This document shows, piece after piece, positions 13,428 to 23,474 of a stretch of 64,000 nt of DNA. The notes beneath the pieces are model-generated. The model ran no database searches. It had not been told where the DNA came from and worked only from the letters and a program-made list of their open reading frames with translations. The position numbers were made by a program, and so were the translations under genes. The stretch comes from Nitrospirota bacterium (lineage in GTDB: Bacteria; Nitrospirota; UBA9217). The stretch covers positions 192,001 to 256,000 of the forward strand of contig CAWJQQ010000001.1 of the NCBI GenBank assembly GCA_963845065.1. Direction: 5' to 3'. Numbering within the stretch: the first letter of the stretch is position 1; every line of letters begins with the position of its first letter.

Positions 13428-14933
13428 ATGAAAGTCAGAGACCATAGTGACTTGTTCAAGCAAAAAGACTACCAGGAGCAGTTCGAGCGTAAGAAGGAGT
13501 TCGAAAACTGCTGGCCCGCGGAGAAAGTAAAGGAAGTTTCCGAGTGGACTAAGACAGGGGAATACAAAGAACTAAATTTCAAGCGCGAGAATATCAAGAT
13601 CAATCCGGCCAAGGCATGCCAGCCTTTGGGTGCGGTGTTCTGCGCCTCAGGATTCGAAGGTTCTATGCCCTTTGTGCAGGGTGCACAGGGCTGCGTGGCC
13701 TATTTCAGGAGCCACCTTTCCCGTCATTTCAAGGAGCCCTTTGCAGCAATCTCTACGTCCATGACCGAAGATGCGGCCGTGTTCGGCGGGCTGAACAATA
13801 TGCTCGAAGGCCTGGAGAACACTTATACTCTATACAAACCCAAGATGATCGCTGTCTCTACGACCTGCATGGCCGAGGTGATCGGCGACGACTTGAATGC
13901 CTATATCAAGACAGCACGTGAAAAAGGCGTGATCCCCCAGGACCTGTTCGTGCCGTTCGCGCATACGCCGAGCTTCGTGGGTTCCCACATCGTTGGCTAT
14001 GATAACATGATGAAGGGGATTCTTAAAGCTCTCACGGCAGGCAAAAAAGGCGAGTCGAACGGTAAGATTAACATCATCCCCGGATTCGATACCTATACGG
14101 GCAACTATCACGAGATCAAACGGCTGATGGCCATGATGGGCGTCGAGTTCACTCTGCTTGCGGATGTGAGTGACACCTTTGACTCACCCAATACCGGCGA
14201 ATATAAGCTCTATCCCGGGGGAACGCCGCTCGCTGATACCCAGGATGCCGTGAACGCTGTGGCAACAGTTGTACTTCAGAAATACTCGACAAGCAAGACG
14301 CTGGACCATATCCAAAAAGATTGGGGACAAAAAACTGTCTCTTTAACGCCCATTGGCATTAAGAATACAGATCTATTCTTTGATGAACTTTCAAAAATTA
14401 CAGGCAAACCGATCCCGGTTTCCATTGAGGCAGAGCGCGGCAGGGCCGTTGACGCGATGATCGATTCTCATCCGTATGTCCACGGCAAGCGGTTTGCTCT
14501 AGTGGGAGACCCTGATATCCTGCTCGGGATGATGAGCCTTATCATGGAGATGGGAGGCGAGCCCGTGCATGTGGTATGCACGAACGGTGACAAAAATTTC
14601 GAAGCCGAGGCAAATGAACTTCTGGCATCTAACCTCTTTGGCGCAAACGGAAAAGTTTATGCAGGTAAGGATATGTGGCATCTTCGCTCGCTCCTGTTCA
14701 CTGATCCCGTGGATATCCTGATCGGCAACTCCTATGCGAAGTTTCTGACCCGCGACACGGGTACGCCGCTCATCAGGATAGGATTCCCGCTCTTCGACCG
14801 GCACCACCTGCATCGCCAGCCCATCATCGGTTACCAGGGTGCGATTAATCTTATCACTATGCTGGTGAATACGGCACTGGACGAACTGGACCGGAAAACC
14901 GAAGATTCGGCAAGTTTTGACGTAATCAGATAA
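13428..14933 (+). CDS. nifK: Nitrogenase MoFe protein beta chain
   Basis: INPAKACQPLG, GAQGCVAYF and TTCMAEVIGDD; GGAGG RBS before 13428. Confidence 0.98.
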   Translation: MKVRDHSDLFKQKDYQEQFERKKEFENCWPAEKVKEVSEWTKTGEYKELNFKRENIKINPAKACQPLGAVFCASGFEGSMPFVQGAQGCVAYFRSHLSRHFKEPFAAISTSMTEDAAVFGGLNNMLEGLENTYTLYKPKMIAVSTTCMAEVIGDDLNAYIKTAREKGVIPQDLFVPFAHTPSFVGSHIVGYDNMMKGILKALTAGKKGESNGKINIIPGFDTYTGNYHEIKRLMAMMGVEFTLLADVSDTFDSPNTGEYKLYPGGTPLADTQDAVNAVATVVLQKYSTSKTLDHIQKDWGQKTVSLTPIGIKNTDLFFDELSKITGKPIPVSIEAERGRAVDAMIDSHPYVHGKRFALVGDPDILLGMMSLIMEMGGEPVHVVCTNGDKNFEAEANELLASNLFGANGKVYAGKDMWHLRSLLFTDPVDILIGNSYAKFLTRDTGTPLIRIGFPLFDRHHLHRQPIIGYQGAINLITMLVNTALDELDRKTEDSASFDVIR

Positions 14934-14988
14934 GGATATTCAGAATTCAGTGCGATAAAAATAGAGTACAGAGCATAGTGGAGCATTT

Positions 14989-17613
14989 ATGGTTACAACG
15001 ATAGACAGGCTGACACAGGATGGGTGTTCAACGGATGACAAGCATAAAGTCTGCCGCGCACGGGGAGGGGAGTCTTGCGCCTTTGACGGGGCCATGATCG
15101 TGCTACAGCCCATTGCTGATACGGCGCATCTTGTACATGGACCCATAGCCTGCTGTGGAAATTCCTGGGAGGGACGGGGCGCGCTCTCCACCAAAGGCGA
15201 GCTCCACACCATGGGATTCACCACGGACATGGGCGAGATCGATATCGTCTATGGGTCTGAAGAAAAACTTCGGACAGCAATTAAGAGGACATTCGATGCC
15301 GTGAAGCCCAAGGCGATCTTTGTGTATTCAACCTGCGTAAGCGGACTTACGGGCGAGGATATTGATGCTGTCTGTAAACGGGCTCAGATCGAACTGGACA
15401 TACGGGTAATCCCGGTGAACGCGCCTGGTTTTGTCGGGCCGAAGAACCTCGGGAACCGTATTGCAGGCGAAGTTTTGCTCGAAGAAGTGATCGGGTCCGG
15501 AGAGACGCCGGTCATGACGCATACTGATATCAATCTGATCGGCGAATATAATATCGCGGGGGACCTCTGGCTTTTGGAGCCGCTCCTCGCTAAGGCTGGC
15601 ATCCGTATCCTTTCGCGGATTACGGGGGATTCAACCTTCGAGGAAATTACCTGGGCGCACCAGGCAAAGCTGAACGTAATCGTGTGCAGCCGTGCCCTGA
15701 TCAATGTTGTAAAAAAGATGGAACAGAAGTACGGCATCCCCTTTATAGAGGCGTCGTTCTATGGCAGTACGGAAATTGCTAAGGCTCTACGTGCGATCGC
15801 ATATGCGCTGCAGAGCAGGGTCGGTCGCGATGAGCCATCGTTGACCTCCAGCGTAGAGGATCTCATAAAAACCGAAGAAAAGCGGCTCAAACAGCAGCTC
15901 AAACCGTATCAGCATCTCCAAGGGAAAAAGGCAGTACTTTACACGGGCGGTGTCAAGAGCTGGTCCTTCATCTCAGCACTTCGCGATTTGGGCATCGAGA
16001 TTGTCGCCATCGGCACCAAGAAAAGTTCGGCCGAGGACGAAGAGAAGATGAAAGCGATTCTCGGGCCTGACGCGCCGCTCGTAGAGGATGTTACGCCCAA
16101 GAATCTTCTAAGGCTTCTCCGGGAACGCAAGGCAGACATTCTTGTTGCAGGAGGCCGGAACCAGTACCTGGCGGTCAAGGAAGGTTATCCTTTTGTGGAT
16201 GTTAACCAGGAGCGGCATACACCCTATGCAGGATACCTAGGGTTGGTTAATTTGGCCGAACAGATAAGCAATGGCATCAACTTCTATGGACGAGGCAAGG
16301 GTGAAGGGACAAGGCTGAAGGAAAGCTACTTAACGAGTGCGAGACCTGAAACGCGAAATTCAAAACTGCATAACGGACTCCTGATCAACCCACTCAAGCA
16401 TTCTCCGTCTATGGGTGCCGCAATAGCGTTCCAGGGAGTCGATAGGGCGTTGCCGATCATCCACGGGGCACAGGGCTGCGCATTCCTTGGCAAGGTACTC
16501 CTGACGAAACATTTTCGCGATCCTATCGCGCTCGCAACAAGTAAACTTTTTGTAGAAGATGTGGTCATGGGAAGTGAGGAGAAACTCGCTCAGACGATTG
16601 AAGGTTTTATCGAGAAAAACGATCCGGCGCTCATCGGCGTCCTGACGTCGGGATTGAGCGAAGTGAAGGGCGACGACGTATCGAGCGCGGTCAAACGACT
16701 CCGAACAGGAAATCCAAAGCAGCGGGTTATCCATATCACAACACCGGACTATGATGGCGGGTTGGAAACAGGATATGCGAGGGTGATTGAAAAAATAGCT
16801 TCGAGTTTCGAGTTTGGAGATGGCAGCTCGAATGGAAGACAGATCAACGTCCTCGCCGGCTCCCATTTTACGCCTGCGGATTTCAACGAGATCCGGCAAA
16901 TCGTTGAATCCTTCGGTTTGAAAGCGATTATGCTCCCTGATCTGTCCGCGCTTGATGGCAGCAGACAGGGCGTTTCTCCCCTTGCTTTGGGCGGCACGAG
17001 CGTAGATGAGCTCTGCACCATGGACGCCTCGAAGTTTACCATCGTTCTCGGGAAAAGCCTGGAACCAGCTGCGTGCCTCCTGGCGGAGCGGACCGGTGTC
17101 GCATACCATATGTTCGATAGCTTAACGGGTCTCGGTGATTTCGACGAGTTTCTCAAGACGCTCAGCGAGATCAGCGGCAATCCCATTCCGCAGCAATACG
17201 ACCGTCAACGAAAGGTTCTGGTAGATGCAATGAGGGACGCGCATTTTTTCTTCGGCGGCAAAAAGATCTGTCTTGCCCTTGAGCCGGATCATGCGCTCCA
17301 AACCGCGAAATGGATCTCTGCTATGGGTGCATCCATAAAGTTGGCGGTTATCCCCACTTTGTCCAGTGCAGCAGATTATATCCCTGCCCGGGAAGTACAG
17401 ATCGGCGATCTGTACTCTATTGCCGGAGAGTTCGACGTGCTCATTTCCAATTCTCATGCCGAAGGCACGGCAAAGCGGCTTGGTGTCCCATTCTATGAAA
17501 TGGGTTTCCCGGTGTATAAGTCTCTCGGGTATACGTCGAAAAAAACGATCGGTTACCAGGGGATGATGTCGATGGTGTATGAGATGGCCAATCTTCTGAT
17601 GAAGAAGTATTGA
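14989..17613 (+). CDS. nifEN: Fused FeMo-co scaffold NifE-NifN
   Basis: NifE half (CAFDGA, HGPIAC, YTGGVKSWS) fused to NifN half (INPLKHSPSMGA, HGAQGC); 874 aa. Confidence 0.95.
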   Translation: MVTTIDRLTQDGCSTDDKHKVCRARGGESCAFDGAMIVLQPIADTAHLVHGPIACCGNSWEGRGALSTKGELHTMGFTTDMGEIDIVYGSEEKLRTAIKRTFDAVKPKAIFVYSTCVSGLTGEDIDAVCKRAQIELDIRVIPVNAPGFVGPKNLGNRIAGEVLLEEVIGSGETPVMTHTDINLIGEYNIAGDLWLLEPLLAKAGIRILSRITGDSTFEEITWAHQAKLNVIVCSRALINVVKKMEQKYGIPFIEASFYGSTEIAKALRAIAYALQSRVGRDEPSLTSSVEDLIKTEEKRLKQQLKPYQHLQGKKAVLYTGGVKSWSFISALRDLGIEIVAIGTKKSSAEDEEKMKAILGPDAPLVEDVTPKNLLRLLRERKADILVAGGRNQYLAVKEGYPFVDVNQERHTPYAGYLGLVNLAEQISNGINFYGRGKGEGTRLKESYLTSARPETRNSKLHNGLLINPLKHSPSMGAAIAFQGVDRALPIIHGAQGCAFLGKVLLTKHFRDPIALATSKLFVEDVVMGSEEKLAQTIEGFIEKNDPALIGVLTSGLSEVKGDDVSSAVKRLRTGNPKQRVIHITTPDYDGGLETGYARVIEKIASSFEFGDGSSNGRQINVLAGSHFTPADFNEIRQIVESFGLKAIMLPDLSALDGSRQGVSPLALGGTSVDELCTMDASKFTIVLGKSLEPAACLLAERTGVAYHMFDSLTGLGDFDEFLKTLSEISGNPIPQQYDRQRKVLVDAMRDAHFFFGGKKICLALEPDHALQTAKWISAMGASIKLAVIPTLSSAADYIPAREVQIGDLYSIAGEFDVLISNSHAEGTAKRLGVPFYEMGFPVYKSLGYTSKKTIGYQGMMSMVYEMANLLMKKY

Positions 17614-17671
17614 TGCAGAAGGGCTAAGCGGCAAGGGGCAAGGCACAGGGATAGTGCCAAGGGAGGGACGT

Positions 17672-18064
17672 ATGAAAGTAGCATTCGCAACAACCGACGG
17701 GAAGAACGTGGACGAACATTTCGGCCGTGCAGGGAAGTTCGCCATTTATGAAATGACAGGAGAGGGGTATCACTTTGTGGAAATCCGGAAGTTCTCCGAC
17801 GGGATGGACAAGTCCGTTACAGACACAAAGGACATGGGCCCGCTTCATGACAACGCGGTCCAGAGCAAGATCGACCGTCTCGCTGACTGCAAGCTCGTAT
17901 ACATGACGGAAATCGGCGGACCCTCGGCTGCGCGTCTTGTGAAAAAGGGCATGATGCCAATGAAGGTGAAGGAACCGGTTGCCATTGAAAACGCTCTCGA
18001 AAAGCTTGAAGAAACGATAAGAAAATCTCCGCCGCCGTGGTTGAGGAAAGCGTTGGGGAATTAA
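17672..18064 (+). CDS. nifX: FeMo-co carrier NifX
   Basis: MKVAFATTDGKNVDEHFG, IGGPSAARLV and PPPWLRKAL. Confidence 0.93.
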   Translation: MKVAFATTDGKNVDEHFGRAGKFAIYEMTGEGYHFVEIRKFSDGMDKSVTDTKDMGPLHDNAVQSKIDRLADCKLVYMTEIGGPSAARLVKKGMMPMKVKEPVAIENALEKLEETIRKSPPPWLRKALGN

Positions 18065-18105
18065 GAGAACAGAGCCCAGAGTAAAAAATCAGGAGGAGAT
18101 AAGCC

Positions 18106-18423
18106 ATGAAAATGATCAGAGCATTCATACGTCCCGAGAAGGAACAGGAAGTTGTGCTGGCGCTGGAAGGCGCAGGGTTCCCGTCACTCACGAAACTGCC
18201 CGTGTTCGGGCGAGGCAAGCAGAAAGGCCTGACTGTCGGTCCGGTTCATTATGATGAGCTGCCTAAGACGCTCATTATGACCGTTATCGATGACAAGGAC
18301 CTGGACAAGGTGTTGAAGGTTATCCAGGACAAGGCTAGGACTGGGTTTATTGGGGACGGCAAGATATTTATCAGCCCTGTTGAGACCGCTTATACTGTCA
18401 GAACCGGCGAAGCAGGATTATAG
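18106..18423 (+). CDS. nifI1: P-II family nitrogenase regulator NifI1
   Basis: MIRAFIRPEK, GRGKQKG, YDELPK and GDGKIFISPV; short T-loop; inside the nif cluster. Confidence 0.85.
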   Translation: MKMIRAFIRPEKEQEVVLALEGAGFPSLTKLPVFGRGKQKGLTVGPVHYDELPKTLIMTVIDDKDLDKVLKVIQDKARTGFIGDGKIFISPVETAYTVRTGEAGL

Positions 18424-18545
18424 AATTAGCATGGAACAGTGGTTACCGAGGTGTCAGCATAGAGCAAATGGCAGGGTACAAACCATAACGATGTGTATCG
18501 TGCACTTTATGTCTCAGTAACGTCATTAAAGAGGGGGCATCGATC

Positions 18546-18962
18546 ATGAAAGAAATAACAGCTATTATACGCCGGGATAAACTCCCAGAATCCAAAAAAG
18601 TCCTGGAAGAACTCGGCTATCCCTCGCTTACGATCCAAAGTGTTGATGGCCGGGGAAAACAGAAAGGTGCCATGTGCGGTGAAATGGATTCCGAACTGCC
18701 GGAGAGTTACTGCACCTCGGCAAAACTGAAACCCACACCGTCAACGTATGCCCTGGAACACACGCTGCCGAAAATGGCGCTCTATGTGCCAAAGCGGCTG
18801 CTTACGATCATAGTGCCCGATGAGGCGGTCATGACCGTTGTTAAGTCGCTCATCAAAGTTAACAAGACGGGCAAGGCCGGAGACGGTAAAATTTTCATAT
18901 CCCCCATCGAAGGCGCATTGCGCGTACGCACCGGAGAGAAGAACGGCGAAGCAATTATGTAA
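18546..18962 (+). CDS. nifI2: P-II family nitrogenase regulator NifI2
   Basis: MKEITAIIR, extended T-loop, YVPKRLLTIIV and GDGKIF; paired with nifI1. Confidence 0.82.
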   Translation: MKEITAIIRRDKLPESKKVLEELGYPSLTIQSVDGRGKQKGAMCGEMDSELPESYCTSAKLKPTPSTYALEHTLPKMALYVPKRLLTIIVPDEAVMTVVKSLIKVNKTGKAGDGKIFISPIEGALRVRTGEKNGEAIM

Positions 18963-19071
18963 GGTACGAGAAGCGCAGATCAGCTGGGGCAAGAGGTATG
19001 AGAAGAGGATATTTGGATTCGCTTTAGATCTCTTTGCCATATGCTATTGGGCATTGTTTTTTGGAGGAACT

Positions 19072-19350
19072 ATGTCACCTATTACCGGAACTACCCGGGG
19101 CGGCAAGCCCTGGAATCCCAAATTTATTAATGAGATCGATATCCACAAGTGCATCGGCTGCGGACGGTGTTACAAGGTTTGCGGTTTCAATGTCCTTGAG
19201 CTTATCGAAAAACCGTTTGAGGGTGAGGATGAGTACGGGGACGATATGGGCAACAAAGTCATGTCCATTGCACACCTCGAGAACTGCATCGGGTGCGAAG
19301 CGTGCAGCCGGGCTTGCACCAAGAAGTGTCATGTACATGTGACGGCGTGA
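19072..19350 (+). CDS. fdxB: nif-associated 2[4Fe-4S] ferredoxin (ferredoxin III type)
   Basis: TRGGKPWNPKF N-terminus; CIGCGRCYKVC and CIGCEACSRAC; GGAGG RBS. Confidence 0.88.
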   Translation: MSPITGTTRGGKPWNPKFINEIDIHKCIGCGRCYKVCGFNVLELIEKPFEGEDEYGDDMGNKVMSIAHLENCIGCEACSRACTKKCHVHVTA

Positions 19351-19430
19351 TGACAGGATGCTGCTGGTGAACAGAGGGAACGGATGTTTTCGCCACCCCT
19401 TTTAGGGAAGGCTAGGGGAAGGATGGGATT

Positions 19431-19898
19431 GTGGTCATGGATATCACCATTCGCAGTGCCACGACAGGAGATATCCCCCGGATGGTCGAGTTCCTTGGTG
19501 ATCTATTTTCGATCGAATCAGATTTTGCACCTGACAAGGAGAGCCAGGCACGCGGCCTCGCTATGCTGGTCAATGAACCTTCGGGTATGTCTCAAGCCCT
19601 GGTTGCCGTCCACGCTGGAACAGCCGTCGGCATGGCCACGGTCCAGATGCTGATTTCCACCTCCGAAGGAGGCTGCGTCGGGTTGGTTGAAGATGTGATC
19701 GTTGACCGAAAGTTCCGGGGCCGAGGCATCGGCACGCTTCTGCTCGAACATATTGCAGAATGGGGCAAGTCGCGGAACCTCAAGCGACTCCAACTCCTGG
19801 CTGACAGCGAAAACGACGACGCAGTGGCTTTTTATGCAAAACGTGGCTGGAGTTCAACCAGCTTGATCTGCCTGCGAAAGATTTCTGCACCTCTTTAA
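19431..19898 (+). CDS. GNAT family N-acetyltransferase
   Basis: EDVIVDRKFRGRGIGTLLL acetyl-CoA motif; N..AVAFYAKRGW. Confidence 0.9.
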   Translation: MVMDITIRSATTGDIPRMVEFLGDLFSIESDFAPDKESQARGLAMLVNEPSGMSQALVAVHAGTAVGMATVQMLISTSEGGCVGLVEDVIVDRKFRGRGIGTLLLEHIAEWGKSRNLKRLQLLADSENDDAVAFYAKRGWSSTSLICLRKISAPL

Positions 19899-20028
19899 CG
19901 TAAGCGACCATTGATTTTCATGTGGAACATTACCCACAGTCTGCACTAAAACTATGCACATGCCACTTTTTTCCTAAAGCGCAATTTTATTTGAAAAGCC
20001 AACTCATTCATTCTTCATGGGTTTTTCC

Positions 20029-20044
20029 TGGCAATGATCTTGCT
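20029..20044 (+). promoter_or_regulatory. sigma54 promoter of nifB-hesA
   Basis: TGGCAAT-GATC-TTGCT, 30 bp upstream of nifB. Confidence 0.8.
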
Positions 20045-20073
20045 ATTATGAGTATGAATGCAAGGAGGCTGCT

Positions 20074-20964
20074 ATGAACAACCCCGTTCATGTTAACAAA
20101 GAGTTTATCAAGGTGCACCCCTGTTTTACCGAGGAGGCACATCAGAAGTTCAGCAGGGCGCATCTGTCGGTTGCGCCTGCATGTAATATCCAGTGCCGTT
20201 ATTGTGTCAGAAAATTCGATTGTGCCAACGAATCAAGGCCCGGGATCACGAGCAGGGTTTTGACGCCGGACGAGGCGGTCGATCGCACCCGGGTGCTTAT
20301 CGAGAGAAGTGACCGCTTGAGCGTAATCGGGATTGCGGGTCCTGGAGACCCGCTTGTGAACGCGCCGACGTTCGTGGTACTCAGGCACATCAACTGGGAG
20401 TATCCGGATCTAACGCTTTGCCTTTCGACGAACGGTCTTCTCTTGCCCGATAAGCTGGAGCTGCTTCAAGCATCGGGTGTCCGCAGCTTGACGGTAACGA
20501 TCAATGCCGTTAACTCTGAAATTGCCGAAAATATCTATTCTTGGATTATTTACCATGGACGGCGATATGAGGGGAGAGAAGCTGCGAAATTGCTCTTGGC
20601 GAATCAGTGGGGGGGGCTTGAGGCCGCTATTAATGCCGGTCTTATCGTTAAGGTAAACACCGTTTTCATCCCTGGTGTCAACAACGGTGAATTGCCCCTT
20701 ATCGCACAGCGTGCCGGAGAACTCGGCGCGGATCTAATGAACATCATCCCACTCATTCCGCAGGCGGAGTTTGCCCATCTTACGCGTCCATCTCATGCTG
20801 AGATCAATAAGATGCGCGAGCTCTGCAGGCCCTTCATCCGACAGATGACGCATTGCAAACAGTGCCGGGCCGATGCCTGCGGCATCCTCGGTGAGGATAA
20901 GGACATGGAACTCGAAGTGCTCATGCAACGGATCGGCGAGGAATATAGCGAATCGGTGTTATGA
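20074..20964 (+). CDS. nifB: Radical SAM FeMo-co biosynthesis protein NifB, SAM domain only
   Basis: HPC, CNIQCRYC, ESRPG, AGPGDPL and CKQCRADACG motifs; no NifX-like C-terminal domain. Confidence 0.92.
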   Translation: MNNPVHVNKEFIKVHPCFTEEAHQKFSRAHLSVAPACNIQCRYCVRKFDCANESRPGITSRVLTPDEAVDRTRVLIERSDRLSVIGIAGPGDPLVNAPTFVVLRHINWEYPDLTLCLSTNGLLLPDKLELLQASGVRSLTVTINAVNSEIAENIYSWIIYHGRRYEGREAAKLLLANQWGGLEAAINAGLIVKVNTVFIPGVNNGELPLIAQRAGELGADLMNIIPLIPQAEFAHLTRPSHAEINKMRELCRPFIRQMTHCKQCRADACGILGEDKDMELEVLMQRIGEEYSESVL

Positions 20965-21713
20965 TCATGGAACAACAGCTTACGCATACTGAACAGGAGC
21001 GCTACCGCCGCCAGTTGATGCTGCGGGGTTTTACGCCTGACCACCAGCGGTGGCTTAGAAACTCCACAGCCTTTGTCGCCGGCGTGGGCGGACTCGGCGG
21101 AACCGCGGCGCTCTATCTCGCCGCAGCAGGTCTCGGCAGGCTGATTATCGTGCACTCGGGAAACCTAACACTATCAAACATGAACCGTCAGATTCTGATG
21201 AAGAACAACCGGATAGGCGAGAGCAGGGTACACCAGGCGAAAAAGACGATACAGGATATGAATCCAGATATCGATATCGAAGTTCGGGATGAACGGATCA
21301 CGAAAGACAATATCGAAATGATGCTTCGCACGGCGCAGATAGCCTTATCCGCCCGTCCAAATTTTGACGAACGCAGAATTCTGAACCGTGCCTGTATTGA
21401 AAAGGGTATTCCGATGGTGGAAGCGGCGATGAACGGGATGGAGGGATATATCTTTAACGTTATCCCCAGGGTCGCATCCTGCGTTCATTGTGTCTATCCC
21501 GAGGATGATCCATCGTGGGAGGAATTGGGTTTTCCCGTACTCGGTGCTGTATCGGGAATGCTCGGGTGCATCATGGCGGTTGAGGCGATCAAACTGCTCA
21601 CCGGATACGGGAAACCGCTTTTTTCTGAAATGCTTCTGTTTAATACGCTGGACATGGATTTTCGAAAAGTGAAAATTCCCCGGAATAAACTCTGCCAGGT
21701 TTGCAAGGCATGA
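20961..21713 (+). CDS. hesA: HesA/MoeB/ThiF family protein
   Basis: ERYRRQ, GVGGLG, SNMNRQIL and two CxxC; overlaps the nifB stop. Confidence 0.85.
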   Translation: MIMEQQLTHTEQERYRRQLMLRGFTPDHQRWLRNSTAFVAGVGGLGGTAALYLAAAGLGRLIIVHSGNLTLSNMNRQILMKNNRIGESRVHQAKKTIQDMNPDIDIEVRDERITKDNIEMMLRTAQIALSARPNFDERRILNRACIEKGIPMVEAAMNGMEGYIFNVIPRVASCVHCVYPEDDPSWEELGFPVLGAVSGMLGCIMAVEAIKLLTGYGKPLFSEMLLFNTLDMDFRKVKIPRNKLCQVCKA

Positions 21714-22322
21714 GTTGCGAGCGTTAAGCTGCATTGATGAGGTGGATGGTGGTCCTTGATGATAATCGGCATGCAGATTTTCTCGATGGCGATATATTTT
21801 AAAACATTTCTGATCGGAATTCGGAATAATGAACGACAAAGGAGGAGGGCCGTCGATATCACGATGATAGCCAGGTGTTCCCTGCTCTACGGGCTATCCC
21901 TGTTATTGTGCATCCCCACGGTAGGACGATGAAACGTCTACTGTACCAAGGCCAGTCACGGTGCCGCTACAGCAGTATTTAGTTGTCTGAGGTATATATG
22001 ACAAAGTTGAAGCAATTCGGAATGCGGTCATGCATGGGAACATCGGATGGCGATAGATTTTCAAGAACGATTTTGACCATTTCCTCAAACGACGTAAAGA
22101 GGTAGTAAGTTCCTTATCATCGGCCCCAGGTAATGCAGGGAAGTACAACTAATCAAATATACATGCCTACTCTAAGGAGTTGATTCGACGTTAGGCCGAT
22201 TTGCGTGCCAGAGCCTCAATTCACGTACTGGCCAGTGAATAAGACCCAACGTGGTGATTCTGTCATTGCATCGTTAATTCCCTATCAACTCGATTAAAAA
22301 ATACACTGTAAGGATTGGCAGG

Positions 22323-22661
22323 TCATAATGCAGCCATGCCGCTTTCCTGCGTCCTTATCCGTATCACATTGGCTATATCATGTACAAATATTTTACCGTC
22401 TCCGACCTCTCCAGTTAATGCCGCATTGAGTATGACTTTGATGATCTTATCCGCATCTTCGTCTTTTACGACTACTTCTACCTTTGTTTTGCTCATCAAT
22501 CTCACTTTATACGATATGCCGCGGACTAGATTTACCCATCCTTTTTGGTCTCCATGCCCCTCAACTTGAGAGAGCGTTACACCAGGATGCCCCACATTGT
22601 CCAAAGCGGCGCATACCTCTGTGGCCTTCTCCGGACGTATTATCGCTTCGATTCTCTTCAT
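22323..22661 (-). CDS. P-II family nitrogen regulator (GlnB/GlnK-like)
   Basis: MKRIEAIIRP, TGEVGDGKIFV and IRIRT; 112 aa; T-loop Tyr present. Confidence 0.92.
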   Translation of the reverse strand: MKRIEAIIRPEKATEVCAALDNVGHPGVTLSQVEGHGDQKGWVNLVRGISYKVRLMSKTKVEVVVKDEDADKIIKVILNAALTGEVGDGKIFVHDIANVIRIRTQESGMAAL

Positions 22662-22780
22662 AACGGATCTCCTTCCACGAAACTAATCTATTACACTATT
22701 TTAATTCATGCAGCCTGGATTAACGAAAGCATCTGATACTTATTTTTTGTCTAAAACAATTCCAACACTATCGTATATTA

Positions 22781-22796
22781 AGCAAGAGATATGCCA
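22781..22796 (-). promoter_or_regulatory. sigma54 promoter of the P-II gene
   Basis: TGGCATA-TCTC-TTGCT on the minus strand. Confidence 0.8.
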
Positions 22797-23474
22797 CTAT
22801 ATAATCAGGGAGGTTTTCACTTGTAACAGGCTGAAAGCGTGACCATTTCAGTAAAGTAGGTAAACGAAAGCAGTACTAAGAATATTTACTTGTCGACTTG
22901 TTTTTGCACATTTGTCTAAAAGGTGATCAGCAGTTTCCATGAACCTCAGCGAGGGGTGATGAATTCACTTAAATCATATTTTTTATGCGATATTACAGGG
23001 CAAAATGTCTCTGCTTCGCTTGTATCCTTATAAAGATCGGCCTCGCAGTATGCATTAGTTAACTGCAAGTGCATATTTGCGTGTCTTTCCAAGTTTGTCA
23101 ACCTTGATTGCCCCTCTGGTCTTCGTTAGAACTATCTTTAAGGGGCAGAGATGTTGTCTAATAAGGATTCAAAATTTAAGTGCTTCAGTGAATGGAAACT
23201 TCAACGAGGATGGATAGAGGAATTATATTATGGAACGAATTATTCCATACTTGAAGCGGTATTCTTTACTTCAATCAAATCAGGATCTCTACGAGGTTTA
23301 CCTACAATCATGTATTGTCAATATTGTTACAAGTGCAAATAATACTGGATCAAACTTACACCATGTCCAAAACAGCATGCAGAGGTATGCTATCTTCTAA
23401 TTATATAGATACCGATGGGCGGGCCATCGCCCGAAGGCATGTAGACAGTTCTAGATCGAGAAAGGGGGACAGCC

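Noticed and set aside
11855..14933. Alternative (V or Fe-only) nitrogenase
   Set aside because: There is no vnfG/anfG between D and K; Mo-type motifs (YEFGH, MHSWDY) and adjacent modABC indicate a Mo enzyme.
18838..19071. N-terminal extension of the ferredoxin
   Set aside because: It overlaps nifI2; the GGAGG RBS supports ATG 19072.
19921..19960. NifA or NtrC enhancer upstream of nifB
   Set aside because: TGT-N12-ACA and a 16-bp TGCAC..TGCA are both off the consensus spacing, so neither can be supported.
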